Shown here: positions 1-10,077 of the stretch, piece by piece | How the letters are laid out: the number at the start of each line of letters is the position of its first letter | Position numbering within the stretch: position 1 is the stretch's first letter | Source: Nostoc punctiforme PCC 73102 | GTDB lineage: Bacteria > Cyanobacteriota > Cyanobacteriia > Cyanobacteriales > Nostocaceae | Length of the DNA stretch: 32,000 nt | Direction: 5' to 3' | Assembly (NCBI RefSeq): GCF_000020025.1 | Contig: NC_010628.1 | Location: 3,390,001-3,422,000, forward strand | Translations under genes and position numbers: made by a program | The notes under the pieces: generated by a model | Told to the model about the DNA's origin: nothing | Databases searched by the model: none | What the model saw: the letters and a program-made list of their open reading frames with translations, nothing else

Positions 1-968
1 GTTAGCGTTGAACTTTGTCCAGAAGCAAGTAAAGCAATGCCAAAAATAGCACTGGCAGCACTAACTCCTAACAATGGTGAAAGTAATTTATAAGCGTCTT
101 GAATTTCTGCCACATGCTGATTACCAGAAAAATGAAATGTTGCGGCAGACACAATTAAAATTGCTGAGTTGATAAATAGTGCTAAAGATAAAGCAAAAGT
201 TGAATCAATTGTACCAAACTTAATTGCTTCCCATCTTTTTTCAGTATTAGGCTGCCAACTACGGGTTTGTACAATTGAGGAGTGTAAATATAAGTTGTGA
301 GGCATCACTGTCGCCCCTAAAATACCAATAGCAATGTAGAGCATTTCTGGATTCTGTAAAATCTCTTTCTTGGGCAGATATCCCAATAAAATTCCCCCCA
401 TATCAGGGCGAGAAAACAGAATTTCAGCTGTAAAACAGATGCCTACTGTTCCTACCAGCATTATTACTAGGGCTTCTGTATAGCGAAAGCCTTTATGTTG
501 CAAAAATAACAATAGTAGGACATCCACTGCTGTGATGCAAACACCCCATACTAAGGGAATACCGAATAAAAGTTGCAGTGCGATCGCACTTCCTAGTAGT
601 TCTGCTAAATCACAAGCTGCGATCGCAATTTCACACAGTACCCACAAGCAAAAACTAACCTTTGGACTGAAATAGTCTCGACAAGCCTGTGCTAGATCTC
701 GCCCTGTAGCAACTCCCAAACGTACACAGAGTGATTGGAGTAATATTGCCATCAGGTTCGACAGCAGGATCACTGTTAATAGAGTGTACCCAAACCTTGA
801 ACCCCCAGCGATATCTGTTGCCCAATTTCCAGGATCAATATATCCCACTGAAACCAGATACCCTGGCCCTGTATAAGCCATCATCTTGCGCCAAAAGCTG
901 CTGCTGTTAGGAACTCCAATGCTACGGTGAACCTCTGGTAAGCTAGGTTTGTTTTCTGGGGGAGTCAT
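1..968 (-). CDS. mntH: Nramp-family divalent metal (Mn2+/Fe2+) transporter, N-terminal part; the 3' end runs off the window
   Basis: My own minus-strand translation from the ATG at 968 reads MTPPENKPSLPEVHRSIGVP...AYTGPGYLVSVGYIDPGNWATDIAGGS...MPHNLYLHSS...LLASGQSSTL. DPGNWATDI and MPHNLYLHS are Nramp signatures. The frame is open to position 1. It is absent from the ORF track because no stop lies in the window. Confidence 0.8.
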   Translation of the reverse strand, partial: MTPPENKPSLPEVHRSIGVPNSSSFWRKMMAYTGPGYLVSVGYIDPGNWATDIAGGSRFGYTLLTVILLSNLMAILLQSLCVRLGVATGRDLAQACRDYFSPKVSFCLWVLCEIAIAACDLAELLGSAIALQLLFGIPLVWGVCITAVDVLLLLFLQHKGFRYTEALVIMLVGTVGICFTAEILFSRPDMGGILLGYLPKKEILQNPEMLYIAIGILGATVMPHNLYLHSSIVQTRSWQPNTEKRWEAIKFGTIDSTFALSLALFINSAILIVSAATFHFSGNQHVAEIQDAYKLLSPLLGVSAASAIFGIALLASGQSSTL

Positions 969-1090
969 TTGCTGTGCCGTCAAATCTTCTCATATTCTTT
1001 TCATATTCTCATAAAATATAGAATAAACATCAACCTTTAGGTAAGTATGGACAAATCACTTGGGTTAGCGAGATTTTGCCTGGGAATATA

Positions 1091-1123
1091 CCCCCTAACT
1101 CACGGTTTTAATAAGTTAGGGGG
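1091..1123. repeat. Perfect 10-bp inverted repeat hairpin (CCCCCTAACT-N13-AGTTAGGGGG), possibly a terminator for the SulP gene or part of the mntH upstream region
   Basis: The arms at 1091-1100 and 1114-1123 are exact reverse complements. The hairpin sits between the SulP stop (1221) and the mntH start (968). There is no clean U-tract. Confidence 0.4.
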
Positions 1124-1220
1124 TATCTAGCTTTCAGGTTTTCAGTGCGTAAATCCTGAAGTATTAGGTTTTACTTGTCATTACAAACATCAATTTTGCT
1201 CTGTTAACAGCAAAATATTC

Positions 1221-2894
1221 TCAGTCATTTAATTCCTTCAAATCAGCCGCGACAGGTTGAGAACATCTTTGGATTTGAGGAGAGATAGAGCAAATTGCAT
1301 CTGTCGTTGTTTCAAAACAATTTGATAATCCAATTGTTTTTAACAATCCTGTTCGTTCTAATAGTTGTTTGACTTCGGGTTGTAAACCTGTGAGAATTAA
1401 GCGGCAATTGTGCCGTTCTAAGTCGTGGTAAATATCCTCTAAAGCTACTAATCCAGTTGTGTCCATATTTGGTACAAAGCGCAGCCGGAGAATTAAATAT
1501 TTCACTTCCGGTTCATCGCGGAGGAAGGTAGCAAAGCGTTCAGCAGCACCAAAAAATACGGGGCCATCTATGCGATAAACGGCAATTTCCTTACCTAATT
1601 CCAGAGGAGTACCAGGGGGAAATACTTCGGTTTCAGGTATTTTAACTAGACTTAAATCGCTCATCCGTTTGATGAACAATGCTCCGGCTGCAATCAATCC
1701 TACTTCTACAGCGAGAACTAAATCAAACAAGATTGTTACTAGCCAGGTGAGAATCATTACCGCAAAGTCAGAGTAGGTAGCACGCATCAATAAACCAATG
1801 GCTTCCCATTCAATCATCCGCACACTAACTACCATCAGAATGCCAGCAAGTGCTGCTAAAGGAATCTGTGCTGCTAGGGGTGCTAAAGTTAAAACAATAA
1901 TAGCTAAAGCAACACCGTGAATTACCCCAGATAGTCGAGTTTTGCCGCCCGAACGGACATTGACAGCAGTCCGAGCGATCGCACCTGTTGCCGGGATGCC
2001 GCCAAAAAATGGGATAATAATATTTGCCAATCCTTGACCAATTAATTCGCGATCGCTATTGTGTTTTTCGCTCACTGTCATCCCATCAGCCACTACCGCC
2101 GACAGTAACGATTCAATACTTCCCAGTGCAGCCAAAGCCAAAGCCGGATTAATCAGTTCTCGAATCACACTAAAATCATTCCAGTGGGGAATGCCTTGAG
2201 GCATTGGTAAAGATTGCGGAATGCTGCCAATTGTGGGTACATCCAGATGAAAATAAGTTGCTATCCCCGTTGCCAACACCAATCCCACTAAAGAACCCGG
2301 TATTGTCGTATTAATCCTGGGCCAGAAAATGTTGGCTGCCATTACCAATGTTGCTAACCCAACAGCAGCCCAATTTAGAGCTTCTACATGAGTTAAACTT
2401 TGCCAAAGCCCCGGCAAAAAGTGTTCACTACGTGGTATTCGTAAACCAAAAAAATTATTTAATTGACCACAAAATATAATCACGGCAATACCATTGGTAA
2501 AGCCTGCCGTCACTGGATAGGGAATAAACTTCACTAGCTGCCCAAGTTTGGCAACTCCCAAGGCAATCTGGATAATTCCAGCCATTACCCCAGCAATCCA
2601 AACTTTCTCAAGGCCGTACTTGGCGACAATTCCCACCAAAACCACAGCCATTGCACCTGTCGGCCCTGTAATCTGTACTGGCGAACCACCAAAAATTGCC
2701 GCGACAATTCCCGCTACAATAGCGGTATAAAGTCCCGCCTTTGGTTCTACACCACTCGCTACCGCAAAGGCTAAAGCCAAAGGCAATGCTACCACTGCTG
2801 CTGTTAGTCCACCCGTCAAATCGCCACGCAGTCCACTAAACCAGCGATTCAGACGTAAAAGCTGTGGTTCTTTGAGGATATTAGAGATTGCCAT
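1221..2894 (-). CDS. SulP-family anion transporter with C-terminal STAS domain (DauA/YchM-like rather than clearly BicA)
   Basis: The 557-aa ORF has a multi-TM N-terminal part (LTGGLTAAVVALPLALAFAVASGV, ITGPTGAMAVV, PYPVTAGFTNGIA). Its soluble tail (AVYRIDGPVFFGAAERF...LILRLRFVPNMDTTGL) is typical of a STAS domain. Confidence 0.9.
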   Translation of the reverse strand: MAISNILKEPQLLRLNRWFSGLRGDLTGGLTAAVVALPLALAFAVASGVEPKAGLYTAIVAGIVAAIFGGSPVQITGPTGAMAVVLVGIVAKYGLEKVWIAGVMAGIIQIALGVAKLGQLVKFIPYPVTAGFTNGIAVIIFCGQLNNFFGLRIPRSEHFLPGLWQSLTHVEALNWAAVGLATLVMAANIFWPRINTTIPGSLVGLVLATGIATYFHLDVPTIGSIPQSLPMPQGIPHWNDFSVIRELINPALALAALGSIESLLSAVVADGMTVSEKHNSDRELIGQGLANIIIPFFGGIPATGAIARTAVNVRSGGKTRLSGVIHGVALAIIVLTLAPLAAQIPLAALAGILMVVSVRMIEWEAIGLLMRATYSDFAVMILTWLVTILFDLVLAVEVGLIAAGALFIKRMSDLSLVKIPETEVFPPGTPLELGKEIAVYRIDGPVFFGAAERFATFLRDEPEVKYLILRLRFVPNMDTTGLVALEDIYHDLERHNCRLILTGLQPEVKQLLERTGLLKTIGLSNCFETTTDAICSISPQIQRCSQPVAADLKELND

Positions 2895-3217
2895 ATTCAG
2901 TTTGAACTCTTATAGACAATTTTTTGCTGCACACATAGATGTGATATAATATGTGGCAAATTAAGCATAATACCCAAAATATTAAAAAGCCACGGGTAAA
3001 AGCCCCTTTATTATAGACATCTCGGAAAAAAGTCAAAATTATATTGTTATTAGTTTGTAGGGTGCAGTCTTAAAGAATCCACTCATTTTGGTTTTAGATG
3101 AAGCTACCTTAGAGGTGGATAAGATTTCGAGCAATTCTATTCCTTCATAAAGGACTAGGTTTAAGTGCCTCAGAGGATATTTTAAAAGTGGTATGTTGTG
3201 ATTTTAATCGAAATTAT

Positions 3218-3306
3218 TACCCCCCTCTTAATCCCCCCTTATAAAGGGGAGAAACAAGAAAATCTAGTTCCCTCACCTTTATAAGGGGAGGGTTAGGGTG
3301 GGGTAA
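3218..3306. repeat. MITE-like composite hairpin repeat (outer TTACCCC/GGGGTAA arms enclosing two CCCCTT-ATA-AAGGGG-type hairpins)
   Basis: Read directly from CCCCTTATAAAGGGGAG and CCCTCACCTTTATAAGGGGAGGG. It lies in the divergent SulP/ABC intergenic region. This kind of sequence is typical of dispersed Nostoc intergenic repeats; copy number cannot be checked here. Confidence 0.4.
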
Positions 3307-3400
3307 AAAATATTTGATACATCAATCATGACTTTTAAAACATCCTCTCATCAATCTGTCTGAATTAAGCCTTCAATCTTCAGATTCAGGACTCGAGACT

Positions 3401-5251
3401 TTGTTATGTGGTAATATCAACTGCACGAAACCGCAAAAAGCCGTGGCTACTGGATTAAAATCTCATCAGATATCAAGAAGGCGTAAACATTCAACGCATC
3501 CTCTCCAGCGCTTGCTTGAGTATGGACATCAGTATCGTAAACAAATTTGGCTAGCGACTACTTATTCTATCCTCAATAAATTTTTCGACTTGGCACCACC
3601 AGGCTTAATTGGCGTGGCTGTGGATGTAGTAGTCAAGCAACAGGATTCTATAATTGCCCAGTTAGGGGTACGCGATGTCTTTGGACAATTTTTGATTATT
3701 TCTTTTCTCACTGTCATCATTTGGATACTAGAATCTGTTTTTGAATACGCCTACGCTCGACTTTGGCGGAATTTAGCTCAGAATATTCAGCATGACTTGC
3801 GTTTAGATGCCTACAAACATTTGCAAGAGTTGGAATTGGCTTATTTTGAAGAACGCAGCACTGGCGGCTTAATGTCTATCCTCAGTGATGATATTAACCA
3901 ATTAGAGCGTTTTTTGGATGGAGGAGCAAATGATATTATTCAAGTTTCTGCAACTGTTCTAATTATTGGCGCTGCTTTCTTTATTTTGGCTCCTAGTGTC
4001 GCGTGGATGGCTTTGTCACCGATGCCATTTATCCTCTGGGGTTCTTTTGCTTACCAACGACTGCTTGCGCCTCGCTACGCCGATGTCCGGGAAAAGGTTG
4101 GTTTCCTAAATTCGCGTTTGTCAAACAATATTAGTGGAATAACTACCATTAAAAGTTTCACTGCCGAAACTTATGAAGCCTCTCGTTTGGAATTAGATAG
4201 TGAAGCTTATCGCCGCAGTAACTCCAAGGCAATTACTCTTTCTGCTGCTTTTGTACCGTTAATTCGGATGCTGATTTTAGTGGGTTTCACAGCATTACTC
4301 TTATATGGTGGCATGGCAGCAGTTTCTGGACAAATGTCTGTAGGTACTTACAGTGTATTAGTGTTTTTAATCCAGCGCTTGCTATGGCCTTTAACAAGAT
4401 TAGGCGAAACTTTTGACCAATATCAACGAGCAATGGCTTCTACTAATCGAGTCATGAATTTGTTAGATACTCCTATCGCCATTCATACAGGAAATGTGGC
4501 GTTACCTGTGAATGAAGTGCGCGGTGAAGTGCAATTTAAAAATGTTTATTTTGCCTATAAAGATAGATTTCCAGTAATTAAAAATCTGTCTTTGGATATT
4601 CCGGCTGGAAAAACCATTGCAATTGTCGGTTCAACAGGTTCTGGTAAAAGCACTTTAGTCAAGCTTTTGTTGCGGTTATACGAAGTGCAAACAGGAAACA
4701 TTACTCTCGATGGTATTGATTTGCAAAGTTTAAATTTGCAAGATTTACGGCGCTGTATTGGTTTGGTGAGTCAAGATGTTTTTCTATTTCATGGCACTGT
4801 AGCAGAGAATATTGCTTACGGTAGCTTTGAGACTACAGAGCAAGAAATCATCACGGCGGCGAAGATAGCCGAGGCGCACGAATTTATTGTTGAATTGCCC
4901 GAAGGTTATGAGACAATTGTGGGGGAAAGAGGACAAAAGTTATCTGGTGGACAAAGACAACGGATTGCGATCGCCCGTGCAGTCTTAAAAAATCCACCCA
5001 TTCTGATTTTAGACGAAGCTACCTCGGCAGTGGATAATGAGACAGAAGCTGCAATCCAGCGATCGCTCGAACGGATTACAGTAGATAGAACTACAATTGC
5101 GATCGCTCATCGTCTATCCACCATCCGCAATGCCGATTGCATTTATGTCATGGAACATGGGAAATTAGTAGAGTCAGGAACCCATGAGCAATTGCTGGAG
5201 AAAGACGGGATTTATTCCGGCCTCTGGCGTGTACAGTCAGGTTTGAGATAA
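3401..5251 (+). CDS. ABC transporter, fused permease/ATP-binding (MsbA/multidrug-exporter type)
   Basis: Has a six-helix ABC_membrane region, Walker [10 protein letters not shown], signature [14 protein letters not shown] and Walker [13 protein letters not shown]. The start is uncertain (TTG at 3401; a GTG near 3443 is equally plausible). Confidence 0.9.
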   Translation: MLCGNINCTKPQKAVATGLKSHQISRRRKHSTHPLQRLLEYGHQYRKQIWLATTYSILNKFFDLAPPGLIGVAVDVVVKQQDSIIAQLGVRDVFGQFLIISFLTVIIWILESVFEYAYARLWRNLAQNIQHDLRLDAYKHLQELELAYFEERSTGGLMSILSDDINQLERFLDGGANDIIQVSATVLIIGAAFFILAPSVAWMALSPMPFILWGSFAYQRLLAPRYADVREKVGFLNSRLSNNISGITTIKSFTAETYEASRLELDSEAYRRSNSKAITLSAAFVPLIRMLILVGFTALLLYGGMAAVSGQMSVGTYSVLVFLIQRLLWPLTRLGETFDQYQRAMASTNRVMNLLDTPIAIHTGNVALPVNEVRGEVQFKNVYFAYKDRFPVIKNLSLDIPAGKTIAIVGSTGSGKSTLVKLLLRLYEVQTGNITLDGIDLQSLNLQDLRRCIGLVSQDVFLFHGTVAENIAYGSFETTEQEIITAAKIAEAHEFIVELPEGYETIVGERGQKLSGGQRQRIAIARAVLKNPPILILDEATSAVDNETEAAIQRSLERITVDRTTIAIAHRLSTIRNADCIYVMEHGKLVESGTHEQLLEKDGIYSGLWRVQSGLR

Positions 5252-5289
5252 GTTTCGCCTATTGTCTGTGTCTTCATTACGAATTATTT

Positions 5290-5718
5290 ATGTTTTTTGG
5301 TAATAGTCAACCAGAATCAGGTGATACTAAGTGGCGTCGCCAGTTGGATAAGTTTGTCAAAGCAAATCAGCAAGAGTTGGCGGCGCTGTTTTGGGGATTG
5401 TGGTTAGCAAATGGTGACAGTCAGGGTACTGTTGGTATTGATTTGCAACCAACGCCGCATTTTGTTTATTGTCCGAAAGAGCAGATAGAGAATTTAAATA
5501 ATAGAGTTGAAAATCGGCTGCAAGAAATTTTGGGAATTGTCGAGAATCACAAGCCGGAAGTGGAAGTTGTGATGATTGGGATTGGAAAGGGGGAAATTAA
5601 GTTGATTCAGTTTGCACCGGAACCAGCACCACCGATTTGTTTTGAGCAAGTTGGGAAGGATGTGGATGGGTTATTGGAAGTTTTGGAGCAGAGGATGAGT
5701 GAGTATTTTTCAAGCTAA
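5290..5718 (+). CDS. Hypothetical protein (142 aa), probably co-transcribed with the ABC transporter
   Basis: Clean ORF starting 38 bp after the ABC stop, with composition like its neighbours. I recognise no motif. Confidence 0.55.
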   Translation: MFFGNSQPESGDTKWRRQLDKFVKANQQELAALFWGLWLANGDSQGTVGIDLQPTPHFVYCPKEQIENLNNRVENRLQEILGIVENHKPEVEVVMIGIGKGEIKLIQFAPEPAPPICFEQVGKDVDGLLEVLEQRMSEYFSS

Positions 5719-5751
5719 TAACTTGATGAATATTATTTTCATAATTAAACT

Positions 5752-6570
5752 TTGATGCTATCTATACAGGTCGATTTTTCTATGTCCTCAAACATAAAGA
5801 AAATTAAAAGCTGGAAAGAAGATTATGCTCAATTTTTTGAATCTCCAAGTCGAGAAACTTTTCGTGAATTACTCCGCAACCATACAGGAGAGTATGATGA
5901 TCTAGACTTTAAAAGTGAACTTGTTTCGGAAGATGAAATCGCCAAGAATATTCTTGGCATGGCTAATAAATCCGGTGGTGTAATTATTTTTGGTGTTGAG
6001 GAAAACAAACAAGATAACAGCTTTTATTCTAAGGGATTGCCTGATTTAAATGATAAAACTGATTTTAAAAATAAAGTCGAAAAATATATTCCGTCTCAGT
6101 TAAATTTTGATGTTATAGATTTTTCATACGAAGAATCAGAATATTCAAAACTAAAAGGGAAACTATTCCGGGTTGTGATTATAGAATATAATCCACGATA
6201 TATTCCCTTTTTGCCTAAGAAAGATAGTGATAAAATTAAGCGTTATCACATATTTATTAGACACAACACTAGCACTATCACTGCTGAATATGAACATTTG
6301 CAAGATATTTTAAATCGTAGAGTAGAAACGACATATTCCTCTACTACAGAAATGTCTCTAGCTGAACACCTTGCTCAATTAAAAGAACTATATTCAATGA
6401 TACAAAAGAATAAACCTGGTTCAGCTTTGGCTTTGAACTTTTTGGAAAATACATATTTTACACAGCAAAATCCATATTATCCAAAAGAAGAATATGATGC
6501 TTTTATTAGTAGAATGATTTCTGTAAAGAAAGAAGTAATAGAAGCTATAATCCAAAGAAAAGAACCTTGA
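5752..6570 (+). CDS. AlbA_2 / Schlafen-type divergent-AAA putative DNA-binding domain protein, in an AT-rich segment
   Basis: The N-terminal pattern DDLDFKSEL...EIAKNILGMANKSGGVIIFGVEE matches the AlbA_2 (PF04326-like) core as I remember it. The gene is visibly more AT-rich than its flanks. The likely true start is the ATG at 5782 (MSSNIKKIK). Confidence 0.5.
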   Translation: MMLSIQVDFSMSSNIKKIKSWKEDYAQFFESPSRETFRELLRNHTGEYDDLDFKSELVSEDEIAKNILGMANKSGGVIIFGVEENKQDNSFYSKGLPDLNDKTDFKNKVEKYIPSQLNFDVIDFSYEESEYSKLKGKLFRVVIIEYNPRYIPFLPKKDSDKIKRYHIFIRHNTSTITAEYEHLQDILNRRVETTYSSTTEMSLAEHLAQLKELYSMIQKNKPGSALALNFLENTYFTQQNPYYPKEEYDAFISRMISVKKEVIEAIIQRKEP

Positions 6571-7060
6571 TCGCACTTTTATTACCAGGATCGAGTGTTC
6601 CTAATTTCTCGGCTGCAACTCTAAGAATTGAACGACTTTCAGTAGTATGAACCAAATGGACAAAAGCAGCAATAACCCGTTTTCTGTCGGTTAATTCCAG
6701 CGTTTTTCTAGCTGTCTTCACCAATGGTTTTGGTAATATCTGCCAATCTCGCTTATCTTGCCGAAAATAGGCATAACTCCATTTGAGTAACTGTTCTACA
6801 ATTGCATCACCCAAACTACATTCTGGGAACTGGGATAAAGCCTCAGCCGCCAAAAAATAGGCGCGATAACGATAAAAATCGCCGCAACCGTCATCACAAT
6901 CTATTAAAGCTTGGATAAAATCTTCTTTTTGCTCCTTAGCTACATCCTTTTGGCTGAACCAGTGGACAATCTCTGCTTTCCACTCCGGCTCAAAGATGCG
7001 GTAAATGCCTTGATTTAAATCGCTGCGATCGTGGTTAAAGAAATACTGCCAATCATGCAT
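6545..7060 (-). CDS. Hypothetical protein; looks like the N-terminal region of a HEAT-repeat protein that ends as the first HEAT-like repeat begins (possibly truncated)
   Basis: The 171-aa product ends ...RVAAEKLGTLDPGNKSAIKVLFFGL*. The AAExLGxxxPGNxxAI pattern is the PBS-lyase HEAT-like repeat signature. The 3' end overlaps the convergent AlbA_2 gene by 26 bp. Confidence 0.45.
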   Translation of the reverse strand: MHDWQYFFNHDRSDLNQGIYRIFEPEWKAEIVHWFSQKDVAKEQKEDFIQALIDCDDGCGDFYRYRAYFLAAEALSQFPECSLGDAIVEQLLKWSYAYFRQDKRDWQILPKPLVKTARKTLELTDRKRVIAAFVHLVHTTESRSILRVAAEKLGTLDPGNKSAIKVLFFGL

Positions 7061-7199
7061 TGCCTCCTACCCACTTCGAGATGTGGGACGAAAGGGACTT
7101 AAATGAATTTTGCTACATCAGTTGGCTTGTTGTCAAGTCTGGACGCAATGAGTATCCTTGGTTGAAAGCCAGAGGATTCCTAAACTTTTGTGAGGTTTT

Positions 7200-7793
7200 A
7201 TGAAAGAGATCAAAAATAAAATTACAAATAAATTAGAGCGATTATTGGAACAATGGTTAGTACCTCGTCTAGTACGCTGGGGAGAATATCTAGAAACTAA
7301 AATTAGGCGCTACAAGCATCAAGAACTCAAGAGTAAATTAAAATTTTCTGGCTCAGGTCTACGATTTAAGCGAGATATTAAAATTGACCATCCGCAAAAT
7401 GTGTCTCTGGGAAATAAAGTCTATATCGGCCCGGATGTCTTCTTAGATGGACGTGGTGGAATCACAATTGGCGACAATACCACACTCGGATTTAATGTTA
7501 TTATTCTCTCTGCAAACCACGACTATCAAAGTAATGATTTGCCTTATGAACATAATGTCTACATTCATAAACCTGTTGTCATTGGCCGCAATGTTTGGAT
7601 TGGCGGAAATGTTCTAATTATTCCGGGAGTTACTATTGGAGATGGTGCAATTGTGGCGGCTGGTACTGTTGTAACTGCGAATGTTGAACCTTTAGCAATT
7701 GTTGGAAATCAACCGATGAGAACAATTAAATACCGCGACAAGGAACATTATGAAAAACTCGCTAACAAGCAAGAGAATCAGGATATCTCATAA
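7200..7793 (+). CDS. Hexapeptide-repeat (left-handed beta-helix) acyl/acetyltransferase
   Basis: Contains imperfect hexapeptide repeats (IGPDVFLDGRGGITIGDNTTLGFNVIIL ... IGRNVWIGGNVLIIPGVTIGDGAIVAAGTVV), typical of maltose/galactoside O-acetyltransferase-like enzymes. Confidence 0.8.
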   Translation: MKEIKNKITNKLERLLEQWLVPRLVRWGEYLETKIRRYKHQELKSKLKFSGSGLRFKRDIKIDHPQNVSLGNKVYIGPDVFLDGRGGITIGDNTTLGFNVIILSANHDYQSNDLPYEHNVYIHKPVVIGRNVWIGGNVLIIPGVTIGDGAIVAAGTVVTANVEPLAIVGNQPMRTIKYRDKEHYEKLANKQENQDIS

Positions 7794-7837
7794 TTACACG
7801 ATAGTAGGGTGGGAATTTTAATCCCCACCCTACTTGC

Positions 7838-9220
7838 CTAAACTAGGGCTGGCGTATTTGCACGCTTGACTTGAGGTGTAGCAACCATCCGCATTCCGGC
7901 CGGTGTAGCGACAGTTAATCCACGGCGCACAGGATGCACAGGACGTTTATTAACTAGCGATACTTGAAATTCAGATAGAACAGTTGCTAAGACAATTTTC
8001 ATTTCATACTGGGCAAATGCCATCCCAATACAACGACGATTACCGCCACCAAAGGGTAAATATTCATAAGGTGAATATTGTCTTTCTAAAAAGCGTTCTG
8101 GCTTAAACTGTTTGGATTGTGGATAAACTTCTTCGCGATGATGCGCTAAATAAATACTGGGGACTATTGCCGTTCCCTCTCGCAGCTCGTAGCCCATAAT
8201 TGTAATTGGAGTTTTCACAATCCGCACGAAAGCAGTCATGGCAATTGGGTAAATTCGCAATGTTTCTTGGCAAACTGCTGTCAAATAGGGCAATTTAGCC
8301 ACACTACTCAAATCGGGGTTAACTCCAATGGTGTTGAGTTCCTGTAGCAACTTCTCCCGCACCTCTGGCAAATGGTCAATCCAGTAAAAAGCCCATGTCA
8401 ATGCAGAAGCAGTAGTTTCATGTCCCGCTACTAGCAGCGTCATTAACTCGTCGTGTAATTCTTCGTCTGACATCCCTTGACCATCGTCGTAACGAGCAGC
8501 CATCATCAAACTTAGGATGTCTTGGCGATTTTGATCGGTTTGGGCGCGACGTTCCCGAAGCAAAGTATAGATAAGTAGATCAACTTTTTGCCGTTGTAGC
8601 AGAATCCTACCCCACGGACTCCACGCACCAAAATCTTTTTGTATGAAACGGAAAAAGAAGGCGCTGGACATTATGGGCGAACTGATGAAGTCTAGTAAGT
8701 CACTTAGCGATCGCCTTAGTTCTTCAAAAAGCTCTCCCTCATTCAAACCAAAGACAACCCGTAAGATAACACGCAAAGTAATTTCTTGCATCGACTCACG
8801 GATATTAAAAGGCTTGCCAATTTTCCATTCATGGCTCACCTGTTGGGTTATTTTCCGAATATCCTCACCATAAGCCCGCATCCTTTCGCCATGAAAGGGG
8901 GGAGCTAATAGTTGCCGTTGGCGCTGGTGGCGATCGCCATCCACTAACATAAAGGAGCGATCGCCAAGTAAAAATCTTAGTCCTGTGTTTCCCCTTCCAA
9001 CCTCAAAATGCCTCGAATCAGCAGTAAAAATCTCCTCAAGCGCTTGAGGTTGACTAAAGTACACAATATGGTTATCAGACCGACTACTCCTGATTGTGAA
9101 AGTGTCACCATAGGTTTTGGCAAAATCATCGACATATTTCACTGGCTGACTAATAAACTTGATCGTTCGCAACCAGCGCGGCATTTGAGGCCCATCAGGC
9201 AGATTGTAAGTTGCTGTCAT
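7838..9220 (-). CDS. Cytochrome P450 (CYP110-like)
   Basis: Has the heme-binding loop FGGGNRRCIGMAFA, I-helix AGHETTA and the ETLR motif. The ORF extends to 9304, but MTATYNLPDGPQMPRWL (ATG at 9220) resembles the usual N-terminus. Confidence 0.9.
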   Translation of the reverse strand: MTATYNLPDGPQMPRWLRTIKFISQPVKYVDDFAKTYGDTFTIRSSRSDNHIVYFSQPQALEEIFTADSRHFEVGRGNTGLRFLLGDRSFMLVDGDRHQRQRQLLAPPFHGERMRAYGEDIRKITQQVSHEWKIGKPFNIRESMQEITLRVILRVVFGLNEGELFEELRRSLSDLLDFISSPIMSSAFFFRFIQKDFGAWSPWGRILLQRQKVDLLIYTLLRERRAQTDQNRQDILSLMMAARYDDGQGMSDEELHDELMTLLVAGHETTASALTWAFYWIDHLPEVREKLLQELNTIGVNPDLSSVAKLPYLTAVCQETLRIYPIAMTAFVRIVKTPITIMGYELREGTAIVPSIYLAHHREEVYPQSKQFKPERFLERQYSPYEYLPFGGGNRRCIGMAFAQYEMKIVLATVLSEFQVSLVNKRPVHPVRRGLTVATPAGMRMVATPQVKRANTPALV

Positions 9221-9308
9221 AGGAGTTTGTAAATTTGATGGCTTCTGAATTTTATTGTTACGACTTTTCATGTTACTTAGGGTTACAGAAAGCGGTATAT
9301 TCATGATT

Positions 9309-9336
9309 GGGGACTAGAGACTGGAGACTGAGAACT
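9309..9336. repeat. STRR1-type heptamer tandem repeat (GGGGACT AGAGACT GGAGACT GAGAACT)
   Basis: Four consecutive heptamers read directly. GGGGACT is a circular permutation of the complement of STRR1 (CCCCAGT), which is known from heterocystous cyanobacteria. Confidence 0.7.
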
Positions 9337-9353
9337 GAAAAGAGAATAATAAA

Positions 9354-9386
9354 AACTCTTGTACAGACGCGATTCATCGCGTCTCT
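9354..9386. repeat. Dispersed 33-bp hairpin repeat, copy 1 (AACTCTTGTACAGACGCGATTCATCGCGTCTCT)
   Basis: Contains a 9-bp perfect stem AGACGCGAT/ATCGCGTCT. A near-identical copy (2 mismatches) lies at 11886-11918 in the same orientation. Confidence 0.8.
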
Positions 9387-9388
9387 AT

Positions 9389-9416
9389 TCCTAACTCAGC
9401 ACTCCTAACTCAGCAC
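9389..9416. repeat. Perfect 14-bp tandem duplication (TCCTAACTCAGCAC x2)
   Basis: Read directly at 9389-9402 and 9403-9416, just upstream of the ParA-like gene. Confidence 0.85.
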
Positions 9417-9442
9417 TCAAGAGGCAGCATCGGAAGCAAGCA

Positions 9443-10075
9443 GTGCCAAAAATCATCGCTATTCTCAACGGTAAAGGAGGAGTCGGCAAAACGACTACCG
9501 CAGTCAATCTGGCTGCAAACTTTGCGAAGAAAAAAAAGGTGTTGCTGATTGATGCAGATATTCAAGGTTCTGCCAGTTGGTGGTTTGGGCGCAGTCAGCA
9601 AGGAATGGGATTTGATTTATCTCAAGAAACAGATCCCAAGCTTTTAAGTGATTTAGGAAAGATAACAGGTTACGATTTAGTAGTGGTGGATACGCCTCCC
9701 GCGCTGCGCTCTGAAGCATTAGTAGCGGTAGTTGCGATCGCAGATTATCTAGTTTTGCCTACACCCCCATCCGCAATGGATTTAGCTATCCTCGTGGAAA
9801 CAGTTAAGGAAGCCGTCATCCCCGTGGGAACCCCCCATCGGGTACTGCTAACTAAAGTCGATACGCGCAGTATTGGGGAAGCGCTAGAAGCAAAAAACAC
9901 TCTCACTAGATTAGGTATTCCTGCTTTTAATACCTTTATCCGTGCTTATAAGGCTCATGAACGAGCGGCGCTTGAGGGTGTAGCGATCGCTCAATGGCGA
10001 GGAAGTAATGCACGAGAGGCGGAGTTAGACTACCGTCGTGCAGCTGATGAATTACAGCGTGATTGGAGAAAATAA
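9443..10075 (+). CDS. ParA/MinD-family deviant Walker-A ATPase; candidate Type-2 McdA (carboxysome positioning)
   Basis: Starts MPKIIAILNGKGGVGKTTTAVNLA (signature lysine present) and has Walker B LVVVDTPP. It is 210 aa with a GTG start. It is coupled to a downstream coiled-coil partner and close to ccmK3/ccmK4. Confidence 0.85.
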   Translation: MPKIIAILNGKGGVGKTTTAVNLAANFAKKKKVLLIDADIQGSASWWFGRSQQGMGFDLSQETDPKLLSDLGKITGYDLVVVDTPPALRSEALVAVVAIADYLVLPTPPSAMDLAILVETVKEAVIPVGTPHRVLLTKVDTRSIGEALEAKNTLTRLGIPAFNTFIRAYKAHERAALEGVAIAQWRGSNAREAELDYRRAADELQRDWRK

Positions 10076-10077
10076 TA

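Noticed and set aside
2548-2730. 60-aa plus-strand ORF inside the SulP gene, and similar antisense ORFs at 8643-9232, 9410-9719, 11920-12108, 12684-12935, 13290-13825, 14722-14904, 17268-17480 and 18565-18807
   Set aside because: All are short, overlap better-supported genes or repeat-rich spacers, and show no recognisable motifs.
1221-2894. Calling the SulP protein the bicarbonate transporter BicA
   Set aside because: The N-terminal sequence resembles DauA/YchM-type SulP proteins at least as well as it does BicA. There is no CCM gene context, so substrate assignment is not supportable from sequence alone.
7838-9220. Cytochrome P450 as a tailoring enzyme of the geosmin/terpene locus
   Set aside because: It lies more than 15 kb from geoA and is separated from it by unrelated housekeeping genes on both strands. 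Geosmin synthase needs no P450. No operon or synteny link is visible.
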